DNA of 32,000 bases from Desulfocapsa sulfexigens DSM 10523 (GTDB lineage: Bacteria; Desulfobacterota; Desulfobulbia; Desulfobulbales; Desulfocapsaceae): positions 2,820,001 to 2,852,000 of the forward strand of contig NC_020304.1 in the NCBI RefSeq assembly GCF_000341395.1, written 5' to 3'. This document shows positions 8,731 to 16,173 of the stretch, piece by piece (the first letter of the stretch is position 1; each line of letters starts with the position of its first letter). Under the pieces are notes generated by a model that did not search any database, was not told the origin of the DNA, and worked only from the letters and a program-made list of their open reading frames with translations. The position numbers and the translations under genes were made by a program.

Positions 8731-10098
8731 TCAGCGAGAGGAACGCAGGAGACGAAAATGCAGCAGACAGGTGGCAGTTATTAGTGAAAGTATCCCGATA
8801 AGATACCATGGAAAGTAGTAAATGGATAGTCTGAAAGCTTCATTTTCAATAAGAGAGACAGTGAAATCAGGGGAAGCTTTGCTTACCGAATCGCGTAGAT
8901 TAGCTATAATTCCAGCGTAAAAAATCCCTATGAATCCATATGCCGCATTAAATGCGAGTCCCTTATAACTGAGGACGGTTGCACGCTGGTGTGGTTCAGC
9001 GATCTGATTCAGATAATGACTGGTGAAAAATGAGGTGAGCATCATGGTTACAAATATCAGTGCCATGGGGAGTATGCCAAGGATAGGGGTGAAAAAAGTC
9101 AGGCCCCATAGTGAGAGGAGGGCGAGGCCTCCGACCAGGGCGACGTTAACCGTAGGGCCAAAATGTTCAACCATGGCTCTGGCAATTCGTGGCACAACAA
9201 GACCAAGCATCGCAATACAGGAACCAATCACACCAAAACTTGCTTCGGGGAGATCAATGATCCGGTAGTACTGACTGGTCATGGTGACAAGCATGCGAAG
9301 CACATGGTCAAAACTCATCCCGAAGAGAATAACTGCCAGGGCCGTAGGAGTATGGAGAATCCAAGCACCAGCATTCAGTGTTATCCTGCTGACGTCCTGT
9401 ATCCTCTTCAATGCAGTGCTTGCAAGCGCTGGTTTGTTTTTGTCTGTGACGGGATCATGCATCCCCATGGTGGTGAAGAGGGTTAGAATGCCGAGGCCAA
9501 GTGTAAGATATATGGGGAAGCGCATGGTGACCTGCTGGTCAAGTTCAACCTGTAGTCCTAACCAGTGCAGGCCGCTGTTTACAGTGTCGGGTGAATAGAC
9601 CAATGCTCCAATGGTCATGGTGATGATGTAAAAGAAATTACGTACCCGCATCTGAACATCTAAAACTTTCGGCCAGTCCTCAGGGTCTCCTTCTGCCACA
9701 AGGGTGTCGTAAGCCATCGCTTCGTCGGCACCACTGGCAAGGGCCTCTGCCAGGCCACTGAGAATACGGTTAAGAAGAAATGCACCGAAGACGAGTTTAC
9801 TGTTCCCCAGAGGGACAAAGGACAGGAGCATCATTTCAGCGATCATCAGCAGACTAGTGGTGACCAGGAGGCGTTTTCTCCCAATAAGGTCGGCAAGTGC
9901 CCCGGATGGTACTTCAGCAAGTACGATGGTGAAAGCCCACACCGTATTGAGCAGGGCAAACTGTTCAATGCTTAGACCATAATCCAGGAAGAGAATTGTG
10001 AAAACTGGATAATAGAAGCGTACATTGAAGAATGCACGAAAGGCAATAAAACGCCTTACATTGGAAAAGGTAAAGGGGGAGTGGCTGGAAAAGTTCAT
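8731..10098 (-). CDS. MFS transporter
   Basis: 455 aa with about 12 predicted TM segments. MFS-type loop motif GALADLIGRKR between TM2 and TM3. Confidence 0.85.
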   Translation of the reverse strand: MNFSSHSPFTFSNVRRFIAFRAFFNVRFYYPVFTILFLDYGLSIEQFALLNTVWAFTIVLAEVPSGALADLIGRKRLLVTTSLLMIAEMMLLSFVPLGNSKLVFGAFLLNRILSGLAEALASGADEAMAYDTLVAEGDPEDWPKVLDVQMRVRNFFYIITMTIGALVYSPDTVNSGLHWLGLQVELDQQVTMRFPIYLTLGLGILTLFTTMGMHDPVTDKNKPALASTALKRIQDVSRITLNAGAWILHTPTALAVILFGMSFDHVLRMLVTMTSQYYRIIDLPEASFGVIGSCIAMLGLVVPRIARAMVEHFGPTVNVALVGGLALLSLWGLTFFTPILGILPMALIFVTMMLTSFFTSHYLNQIAEPHQRATVLSYKGLAFNAAYGFIGIFYAGIIANLRDSVSKASPDFTVSLIENEAFRLSIYYFPWYLIGILSLITATCLLHFRLLRSSR

Positions 10099-10186
10099 AC
10101 CCCATCATGTGCAGCATAGCTCTGTTTGTCAAGAATTTCCAACTGTACTGAAAAGATTGATGTCGCGTTCCGACAGCAATATTGCG

Positions 10187-10202
10187 TGCTCTTTCTGTGC
10201 CA
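10187..10202 (-). promoter_or_regulatory. Weaker sigma54-type -24/-12 candidate facing the MFS gene
   Basis: The minus strand reads TGGCACAGAAAGAGCA, with GG-N10-GC spacing correct. The -12 element is AGC rather than the conserved TGC. It lies about 90 nt upstream of the MFS ATG at 10098. Confidence 0.3.
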
Positions 10203-10379
10203 CGATCCTATCTGTAAAACCTGCAACACTTTCGTAGTGAAAATACAGCGAAGATGCGTGTCGCAGGCGCCTTGAACACCAAAAGTGTTGCGTTGGATGA
10301 AAAGGAAGCCTTCGTTAAAATTATAGTAAAAACAAGTTAGTAAATGGTTTTTGCTGCTTTTCTGTTTGTTTGTGAAAAT

Positions 10380-10395
10380 TGGCACTGATAATGCT
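10380..10395 (+). promoter_or_regulatory. Sigma54 (RpoN) -24/-12 promoter candidate
   Basis: TGGCACTGATAATGCT matches TGGCAC-N5-TTGCW with exact GG-N10-GC spacing and a conserved TGC at -12. It lies about 50 nt upstream of the ATG at 10444 and is preceded by an AT-rich tract. Confidence 0.5.
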
Positions 10396-10443
10396 CTATC
10401 CAATATAAGAAATATAAGATTATAAAGAAATATGGAGGACGTC

Positions 10444-10638
10444 ATGGCTGTCGAAACAAAAAGTACTACTCAAAAACAGAGTGATGTCGGATATGAAACT
10501 TCAAGTTTTGCTCTGGGGACCGGGATGGTTCTGGCAGCCCTTGTGGGGATATGGGGAGTGATTTGTCTACTGAGTGCTTTCGCTACTGTTGGTCCTTTAA
10601 ATGTGATCAAAGGATATCTCTCAGCTTTGCTTGGATAA
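10444..10638 (+). CDS. Small (64 aa) single-pass membrane protein, unknown family
   Basis: GGAGGA lies 5 nt upstream of the ATG at 10444, inside the track ORF that starts at 10432. There is one hydrophobic helix (GMVLAALVGIWGVICLLSAFATVG). The translation-start context is nearly identical to that of the next gene. Confidence 0.6.
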   Translation: MAVETKSTTQKQSDVGYETSSFALGTGMVLAALVGIWGVICLLSAFATVGPLNVIKGYLSALLG

Positions 10639-10682
10639 AAAAACAATTGGTGTATTTAAAAATACTTTAACAGGAGAATGTC

Positions 10683-10985
10683 ATGGCCGAGAACAATTCA
10701 AAGACAGCAGGAAGAATTATTTTAGTGGCAGGGTTAGCAATGTGTCTCTGGGTTGGAGCTGCTCTTGTAAGCGCCCTTTCACAGGTCGGCTGGTCGGTCA
10801 GTACACTTGCCGGACAGTATATGGTTGCAGTCGGAATGGTTAAGCCTCTCCACACTCTGGTTGATTACTACACCCACATTAAAGGAATCGAGTATTTACT
10901 CTGTGTAGCATTTTTCGTTGCATTCCCGGTATTCTTTAAATATGTAAATAAGGCACCAAAAGCTGCAGCTACACTCAAAAAGTAA
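10683..10985 (+). CDS. Small (100 aa) membrane protein, N-terminal part paralogous to the preceding gene
   Basis: AGGAGA lies 5 nt upstream of the ATG. There are two or three hydrophobic segments. It shares the pattern W-x5-L-x-SA-x3-VG with the 64-aa protein and ends just before a terminator hairpin. Confidence 0.65.
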   Translation: MAENNSKTAGRIILVAGLAMCLWVGAALVSALSQVGWSVSTLAGQYMVAVGMVKPLHTLVDYYTHIKGIEYLLCVAFFVAFPVFFKYVNKAPKAAATLKK

Positions 10986-11024
10986 GAAAAATACTGGCTA
11001 AAAAAAGATAGTGCTTTCTTTTGT

Positions 11025-11070
11025 CCCTCTTGTTTATCAAAGAGACTCTTTGCTAAGCAAGAGGGTTTTT
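11025..11070 (+). terminator. Rho-independent terminator after the small-protein pair
   Basis: CCCTCTTG (11025-11032) pairs with CAAGAGGG (11058-11065), with an inner CAAAG/CTTTG stem, followed by TTTTT (11066-11070). Confidence 0.6.
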
Positions 11071-11280
11071 GTGGAATGGAGTTATTGTGAAGGATAGAAA
11101 AAAACGGATTAACAGTATGGGAAGGGGTGTTTTTGGGATGCTGGCAATCGGTACGTTGCCGATTCTCTTTATGAACCCAGGGCAATACTTCTTTGGTCTG
11201 ATTGTTTGCGGGGGACTTTCATTCGGTCTGGCTCATACCCTGGTCTGAGAGTTGAACTGCCAAATACCACAAAAATATTC

Positions 11281-12489
11281 TTATTGAAATTTCTCCTGAA
11301 TTGCACAGAGGACATCGGTTATTTCAAAAAATGCCTGGACGAGTTCAGGGTCAAAATGTTCGCCACTTTCTTTCTGAATGAGGTTATACACCTTTTCTTT
11401 TTCCCACGGTTCTTTATAACAACGGCTGGAGCTCAGAGCATCAAACACGTCAGCCAGGGCAACAATTCTGGCAGCCAGTGGTATGTCCTTTCCAGCCAGA
11501 GCCTGGTTAGGGCTATTTTTATCTGGAAAGTTCGTCAGGTTTGGATAGCCGGTACCGTTCCACTTTTGATGGTGATGAAGGGTTACTTCGTGGGTCATCT
11601 TATCGAGTTCCGTGGAAGTGCTGTTGAAAAGTTCGGCACCAAAAGTGGTGTGTTTTTTTATAATATTGAACTCATCCTTGGTGAGTCTGGCTGGTTTTTT
11701 TAAAATGATATCAGAAATGCCTACTTTCCCAGCATCATGGGTCATGGCTGCCAGGCTGATAAGGTCTCGGAAATGATTTATTTCTGAGTCAGGTAGCCCT
11801 TTTTTTTTGGCCCAGCGCTGATAGATTTCAACACTGAATGCTGAAACCCGCTGGACATGAGCCCCGGTTTCTTTGGGATCATGAAGAGACGCCATTTTCA
11901 CCATGCGAAGGATGGTCTCGCGGTTCAGTATACCATGTTCAATAATCATTGAGGCACTATTAGCAAAAAGGCAGGCCATTGTCTTACTTCTTTCAGAAAA
12001 GACAGAGGTTTGTCCCTGTTCATTCTGAGCGTTTATAAGTTGTATTACACCAACAAGTGAATCATTAGAGGTGAGAAGAGGGATGGTGAGAGATGAAGCT
12101 GTGTGGTAGTTATTTTCTTCGTCGAAGGAAGGGTTGAAACTATAAGGTACGGTGGCAGGAATTTGATAGGCGTCATCAATTGAAACCGTCTGTTTAGTCT
12201 GGGCGCAGTAGCCAACGATTGTGTGACTGTCGATGGGAAGTGTCATTTTAGCATACTGGGCAGCTCCGGCTCCATTTCTTCCAAAGAGGGTGTCGTTTTG
12301 GACATGGTTGAAAACAAGAGTGTCATTTTTAACAAGATAGATGGAACCGGCATCAGCATTGGCAAGTTTACGGGACTCGAAAAGGATTCGATCAAGAATC
12401 ATATCCATCCCTTTGAGTTGATTGAGGGAACGAATAATTTCAAGAACAGAGTTGACAGTATTGGTATCTGGTCGCGTTGTTGTTTCCAT
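11281..12489 (-). CDS. GAF-domain HD-GYP phosphodiesterase (predicted c-di-GMP hydrolase)
   Basis: N-terminal GAF-like region (ADAGSIYLV ... SLVGVIQLINAQ). HD-GYP motifs are AAMTHDAGK, HHHQKWNGTGYP and ALADVFDALSSSRCYK. I chose the ATG at 12489, which has GGGG 6 nt upstream and lies 20 nt after the cyclase stop. The track ORF extends to 12543, overlapping the cyclase. Confidence 0.9.
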   Translation of the reverse strand: METTTRPDTNTVNSVLEIIRSLNQLKGMDMILDRILFESRKLANADAGSIYLVKNDTLVFNHVQNDTLFGRNGAGAAQYAKMTLPIDSHTIVGYCAQTKQTVSIDDAYQIPATVPYSFNPSFDEENNYHTASSLTIPLLTSNDSLVGVIQLINAQNEQGQTSVFSERSKTMACLFANSASMIIEHGILNRETILRMVKMASLHDPKETGAHVQRVSAFSVEIYQRWAKKKGLPDSEINHFRDLISLAAMTHDAGKVGISDIILKKPARLTKDEFNIIKKHTTFGAELFNSTSTELDKMTHEVTLHHHQKWNGTGYPNLTNFPDKNSPNQALAGKDIPLAARIVALADVFDALSSSRCYKEPWEKEKVYNLIQKESGEHFDPELVQAFFEITDVLCAIQEKFQ

Positions 12490-12509
12490 ATCACACCCCT
12501 GTCTTTTTT

Positions 12510-14645
12510 TTATTTTGAAGTCAGTGCCCAGACTCCCTCCCATTGCGGTGGCGGATTCTCCTGAAGAACTTTACATTTGTTAAGATATTTTATAGCCGAT
12601 GGGTCTTCGTCTACTATTGTATTGAATTGAATCACAGCGGATTCAAAATTTCCAATATAAAAATTCTGGAGAGCTTTTGAGAAAGTTTCTAGAGTTTTTT
12701 TCTTTTTCTGATATTCAGAAGGTAAGAAGGGTTCATAAACTCGAATTGGAATTTTCTTTCCAACAACGGTTAAATTTGCAAGTTCCCGACAGAAGAAGGT
12801 GTTGTTTAAGAGTTTATAGGTGGATTCGGAAATCATTGTATAGCTGTCAAATTGCTTGTTGGCGCCCTCAAGCCTTGCAGCAAGATTAACAGCGTCACCG
12901 AGCATGGAGTAGTCGAAACGATTTGTTGAGCCAAGATTCCCGACAACTGCTGAGCCCGAATTAATGCCGATGCGCATATGCATTTCATGGCCACATTGTT
13001 TTAGAAACAGTGGGCGCAATTCCTTCAGTCGCTTTTGACAACGTAATGCGGCAGATACTGCCCGTACCGCATGATCAGGAGTTTCTAAGGGTGCGTTCCA
13101 AAAAGCTATTATGGCATCACCTTCGTACTTATCAATCGTTCCCTCTTCCTCAAGGATTATATCTGTCATAGCCGAGAGGTAGTCGTTCAAAAGCTCGATC
13201 AGTTGATCAGGTTCGAGATTTTCAGAGATAGAGGTGAATCCTTCAAGGTCTGAAAAGAAAATAGTCAATTCCTTACGATCCCCCCCGAGTTGCAATCTGT
13301 CAGGATCTTCTATGAGTTGTTCGATAACATATGGGCTTAGATAATGGGCAAATGAATGTTTGATAAAACGCCGTTTTCTCCCTTCCTGCATATAACTGAT
13401 CAAAAAGCTGAGAATGATGGTTCCTCCCACGGAGCATTCAAAAGGAAGTATTTCAAAACGAAATCCGATGAAAAAGAGAAAAAAAGACAGAGCAGGCGGA
13501 ATGAGAAGAAAGAACAATGCAATGATCGTCATATATATCGGACTTGAAAAATAAGCGAGAAGGAGACCAAGGAGAATGGTACTGAAACTCAAAACAAGGA
13601 TTTTGAGATTTTGACTTAGAGGGCTGATAAAATCATTGTTCAGGAGATTGTCGAGAAAAGTTGCATTGATTTCTACCCCGGAGAAAATAGCACCTACCGG
13701 GGTTGGGCGAAGATCAAAAAGACCTGGTGCGGAAAAGCCAAAGAGTACATATTTTTTCCTTAGTTGTCGATTGATTGCAGGATCTGTGTGTTCGCCATCT
13801 CTGTAGAGCATTTCATCTTTAATAAGAGTTGCGGCACTTATGCGGGTGTAGATCCCTGGCGGACCCCGGAAACGAACCAGGGCCTGCCCGGATATGTTCA
13901 TCGGGATCACAGCATCACCAACGCTGAGATGCTGATTCAGAAGAGAAACTTCCGTATCGGGATGAGCGGCAAGATATAAGCCAAGCCCAAGAGAGGGGAG
14001 TGGAATACCGACTGCGAAGACCAGTGGATGGAGAGAACGGTAAATACCATCTTGATCTGGATCATGATGAACATTGCAGAGAACAGCGGCGTTTTGGGCG
14101 ACTTCCGGGATGGGCATGGTGAGGAAGTTGTACGAAGGTGTATTGTCTGTTTTTTTGACAAGCGTGGCTGTGGTTGCAAGGGAAGGAAGTGGAATGTCAT
14201 CTGGCCATGTGGAGAGTTTTCCGTGGATGTTGCCAGGAAATATTGAGCCGGCTGCAAAATTTTTACTCTTCGCAATAGCTGTGCCGAGTGCAGTATCGTC
14301 AGAGACCCCAAAGCTTGACGATTCGGTAAAAAGGACATCAAAACCAATTCCCCTGGCCTGATGCCGATTAATGGTATCCAGGATGGCACCATAGAGTTCA
14401 CGGGGCCAGGGCCAAGAGATGCCCATGTTTTTCTGGGCCCATTCCAGGCTTTGCTGGTCGACCAGTACAATAGTGATATCCTCACTACGAGGAGAAGGCG
14501 AAGCCAGCATCATACTCTGAGTATCCCAGACTTTGTTTTCCCAGGCAGTAAGCATTCCCGATTGCCAGATGGCTATAGCAAGAAGAATGCTTACACCTGC
14601 TGCCCCAAACGCCTGAAATAATCTGTTCCTTCTTTTATTTTTCAT
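12510..14645 (-). CDS. CHASE2-sensor class III adenylate cyclase
   Basis: N-terminal TM followed by a CHASE2-like periplasmic domain (ITIVLVDQQSL ... WPWPR ... GFDVLF), then three TMs. The cyclase core has metal Asp residues (FSDLEGFT, GDAIIA), substrate-specifying Lys (DKYEGD) and Asp (FDYSMLGD), and Asn/Arg (VNLAARLE). The K/D pair predicts ATP as substrate. The start overlaps the M48 stop as ATGA. Confidence 0.92.
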   Translation of the reverse strand: MKNKRRNRLFQAFGAAGVSILLAIAIWQSGMLTAWENKVWDTQSMMLASPSPRSEDITIVLVDQQSLEWAQKNMGISWPWPRELYGAILDTINRHQARGIGFDVLFTESSSFGVSDDTALGTAIAKSKNFAAGSIFPGNIHGKLSTWPDDIPLPSLATTATLVKKTDNTPSYNFLTMPIPEVAQNAAVLCNVHHDPDQDGIYRSLHPLVFAVGIPLPSLGLGLYLAAHPDTEVSLLNQHLSVGDAVIPMNISGQALVRFRGPPGIYTRISAATLIKDEMLYRDGEHTDPAINRQLRKKYVLFGFSAPGLFDLRPTPVGAIFSGVEINATFLDNLLNNDFISPLSQNLKILVLSFSTILLGLLLAYFSSPIYMTIIALFFLLIPPALSFFLFFIGFRFEILPFECSVGGTIILSFLISYMQEGRKRRFIKHSFAHYLSPYVIEQLIEDPDRLQLGGDRKELTIFFSDLEGFTSISENLEPDQLIELLNDYLSAMTDIILEEEGTIDKYEGDAIIAFWNAPLETPDHAVRAVSAALRCQKRLKELRPLFLKQCGHEMHMRIGINSGSAVVGNLGSTNRFDYSMLGDAVNLAARLEGANKQFDSYTMISESTYKLLNNTFFCRELANLTVVGKKIPIRVYEPFLPSEYQKKKKTLETFSKALQNFYIGNFESAVIQFNTIVDEDPSAIKYLNKCKVLQENPPPQWEGVWALTSK

Positions 14646-15553
14646 ACCCCCTTCATTGCGGCCTGAAAACGTGAAATGCGTGATGGGTCGGTTTTTAGTT
14701 TGTCCTCTTTTCCAATAATATTACTGATGTCTTCTATTCTACTCTCCGGGCTAGGATGGGTTTTTGCAAAATCCATTCCTCCGGGTTTAAGATTCTTTTT
14801 CATAACTTTCAGCATTTCAATAAGTCCCTGACCGTTATAGCCTACTCGTTGCAGTATCATAACAGCTGTCTCATCTGCCTCAGTTTCAAACGAACGGGAG
14901 TAACCACTGCTTATCATAGTTGAGGTGATGTCTCCTATTGAATCTTCAAAGGTGTTGGTTAAACTGGCAATGTCTGAGTTCGCAAAATTTTTGGTTCCCT
15001 CAAGGGCCAGAATTGAAGTTGCTTTGGTGATTCTGTCCTTTTCGATGGACTGCAGACCATGCTTGTGCTGGACATGAGCTATTTCATGGGCCAGAACAGC
15101 TGCGAGTGAATTTTCATCAGAACAGCATTTCAACATTCCGCGAGTAACAAAAATGAGACCTGAAGGAGTGGCAAAAGCATTGATTTCAGGAGAGTCAAGA
15201 ACCATAAAGTGATATCCGTCGTAGAGTTCTGGCAGGTCTGAGAAGCGGGATAATGTCTGTCCCAGAAGGTTGATATAGGAAATGGTCGGAGCATGTTCAT
15301 AGGGCTGAAATTTTTCAAGAACGATGGCTCCAATAGTTCGACCGATATAGTACTCCTGTTCTGGGGTGATATCTTCCAAGGCCTTGGAAACTGCATTATA
15401 ACTTTTCGTTGCTGAATCGACATACTTCGTTGCCGAATTTAAGGCGGAGGATATGTCTCCAAAACCAAAGCCCTGGAGAAGCATGGACGAAGCGGTTAAA
15501 CCCGCACCTGTGAGGCCTATACGGAGGAAACTTCTTCTATTCATGTTCTTCAC
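14642..15553 (-). CDS. M48-family zinc metalloprotease with twin-arginine (Tat) signal peptide
   Basis: HEIAHVQHKH (HExxH), downstream ETEADE and THPSPESRI as in peptidase M48. The N-terminus NRRSFLRIGLTGAG fits a Tat motif. The GTG start at 15553 has GGAGGT 6 nt upstream and overlaps the preceding stop as GTGA. Confidence 0.88.
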   Translation of the reverse strand: MKNMNRRSFLRIGLTGAGLTASSMLLQGFGFGDISSALNSATKYVDSATKSYNAVSKALEDITPEQEYYIGRTIGAIVLEKFQPYEHAPTISYINLLGQTLSRFSDLPELYDGYHFMVLDSPEINAFATPSGLIFVTRGMLKCCSDENSLAAVLAHEIAHVQHKHGLQSIEKDRITKATSILALEGTKNFANSDIASLTNTFEDSIGDITSTMISSGYSRSFETEADETAVMILQRVGYNGQGLIEMLKVMKKNLKPGGMDFAKTHPSPESRIEDISNIIGKEDKLKTDPSRISRFQAAMKGV

Positions 15554-15969
15554 ACTTCACCTCCTGTAGGATGGAGATTACCGGCCTTGAGGAAGGCTTC
15601 AATTTCTTCCTGGGAAACAGAGCTTTTCTCCATTTTATCCACCATATTAAAATTGGCGTTTGCATTCCGCTGGCGAAACTTTTTCTCAACCTGCCGGTTA
15701 AAACCTTTACCGGCGAGGGCTATTTCATCGGAATCAGCAGCTTTAGAGATATCGCCGGCATGGGGTTTGAGTACAATCTCTTTAGTGGTCATGGCGGAGC
15801 TGTGCAGCCATCCCTGATTCCCTCTTGCATCGACCTTAAGCCAGGAATCTTTGGTTTCCAGAACAGCTAAGCGGTCACCATAATGGACAGTTGATATGAT
15901 TTTTCCGAGAAAAGAAGGACTCTTTCGCAGTTGACTGCTTCGTACTTGAACACTTTGACTTGTCGTCAT
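15550..15969 (-). CDS. Bacterial SH3-domain protein, no recognisable signal peptide
   Basis: VQVRSSQLRKSPSFLGKIISTVHYGDRLAVLETKDSWLKVDARGNQGWLHSSAM is SH3b-like (SH3_3 type). It is the first gene of the overlapping four-gene cassette. Confidence 0.7.
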   Translation of the reverse strand: MTTSQSVQVRSSQLRKSPSFLGKIISTVHYGDRLAVLETKDSWLKVDARGNQGWLHSSAMTTKEIVLKPHAGDISKAADSDEIALAGKGFNRQVEKKFRQRNANANFNMVDKMEKSSVSQEEIEAFLKAGNLHPTGGEV

Positions 15970-16103
15970 AAAATCCTCTCCCTTATACGTAGAAATGTAA
16001 TGAAGTTATTTCTATTTGTATCATGTTCTGTATTGGAGAGCAAAAAACAACAGGAAAAAAAGTTTGGGTGGGGGAGGGAAGTGTTGTCAGGCCGTACTGT
16101 GAG

Positions 16104-16147
16104 CTGCTTATTTCTTCACTACTCACAGGCAGTGGAGAAATAAGCAG
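16104..16147 (-). terminator. Strong hairpin downstream of the MscS-family gene (possible terminator, no U-tract)
   Basis: Perfect 12-bp inverted repeat: CTGCTTATTTCT (16104-16115) and AGAAATAAGCAG (16136-16147). It lies 27 nt after the stop at 16174. No T-run follows on either strand. Confidence 0.4.
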
Positions 16148-16173
16148 TATTGAAGCTTTGCTATCAGGGATTT

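Noticed and set aside
10095-10445. 116-aa minus-strand ORF filling the MFS/small-protein intergenic region.
   Set aside because: It has no SD, a low-complexity Phe/Leu/Cys-rich translation and no motifs. It spans both promoter candidates. The region is better explained as regulatory DNA.
11117-11248. 43-aa hydrophobic plus-strand ORF (MGRGVFGMLAIGTLPILFMNPGQYFFGLIVCGGLSFGLAHTLV) between the terminator and the 3' end of the HD-GYP gene.
   Set aside because: It sits downstream of a terminator with no promoter or SD (the nearest AAGGA is about 22 nt away). It cannot be separated from chance without expression or conservation data. It is worth a quick look in Ribo-seq data only.
12490-12543. Longer N-terminal extensions offered by the ORF track: HD-GYP to 12543, MFP to 23007, NhaA to 3366, YkgJ from TTG 25299, U32 from TTG 27887, small protein from 10432.
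   Set aside because: The extensions overlap upstream genes, use rare start codons or lack an SD. The internal ATGs have better SD spacing or yield proper signal or lipobox N-termini. NhaA remains genuinely ambiguous.
12510-14645. The cyclase could be a defence-type (Pycsar/CBASS-like) nucleotide cyclase.
   Set aside because: It has a canonical class III core with the Lys/Asp pair that specifies adenine, and a CHASE2 membrane sensor. Its neighbours are signalling or housekeeping genes, and there is no effector with TIR, a pore-forming TM domain, a nuclease or patatin. This fits environmental signalling, not abortive infection.
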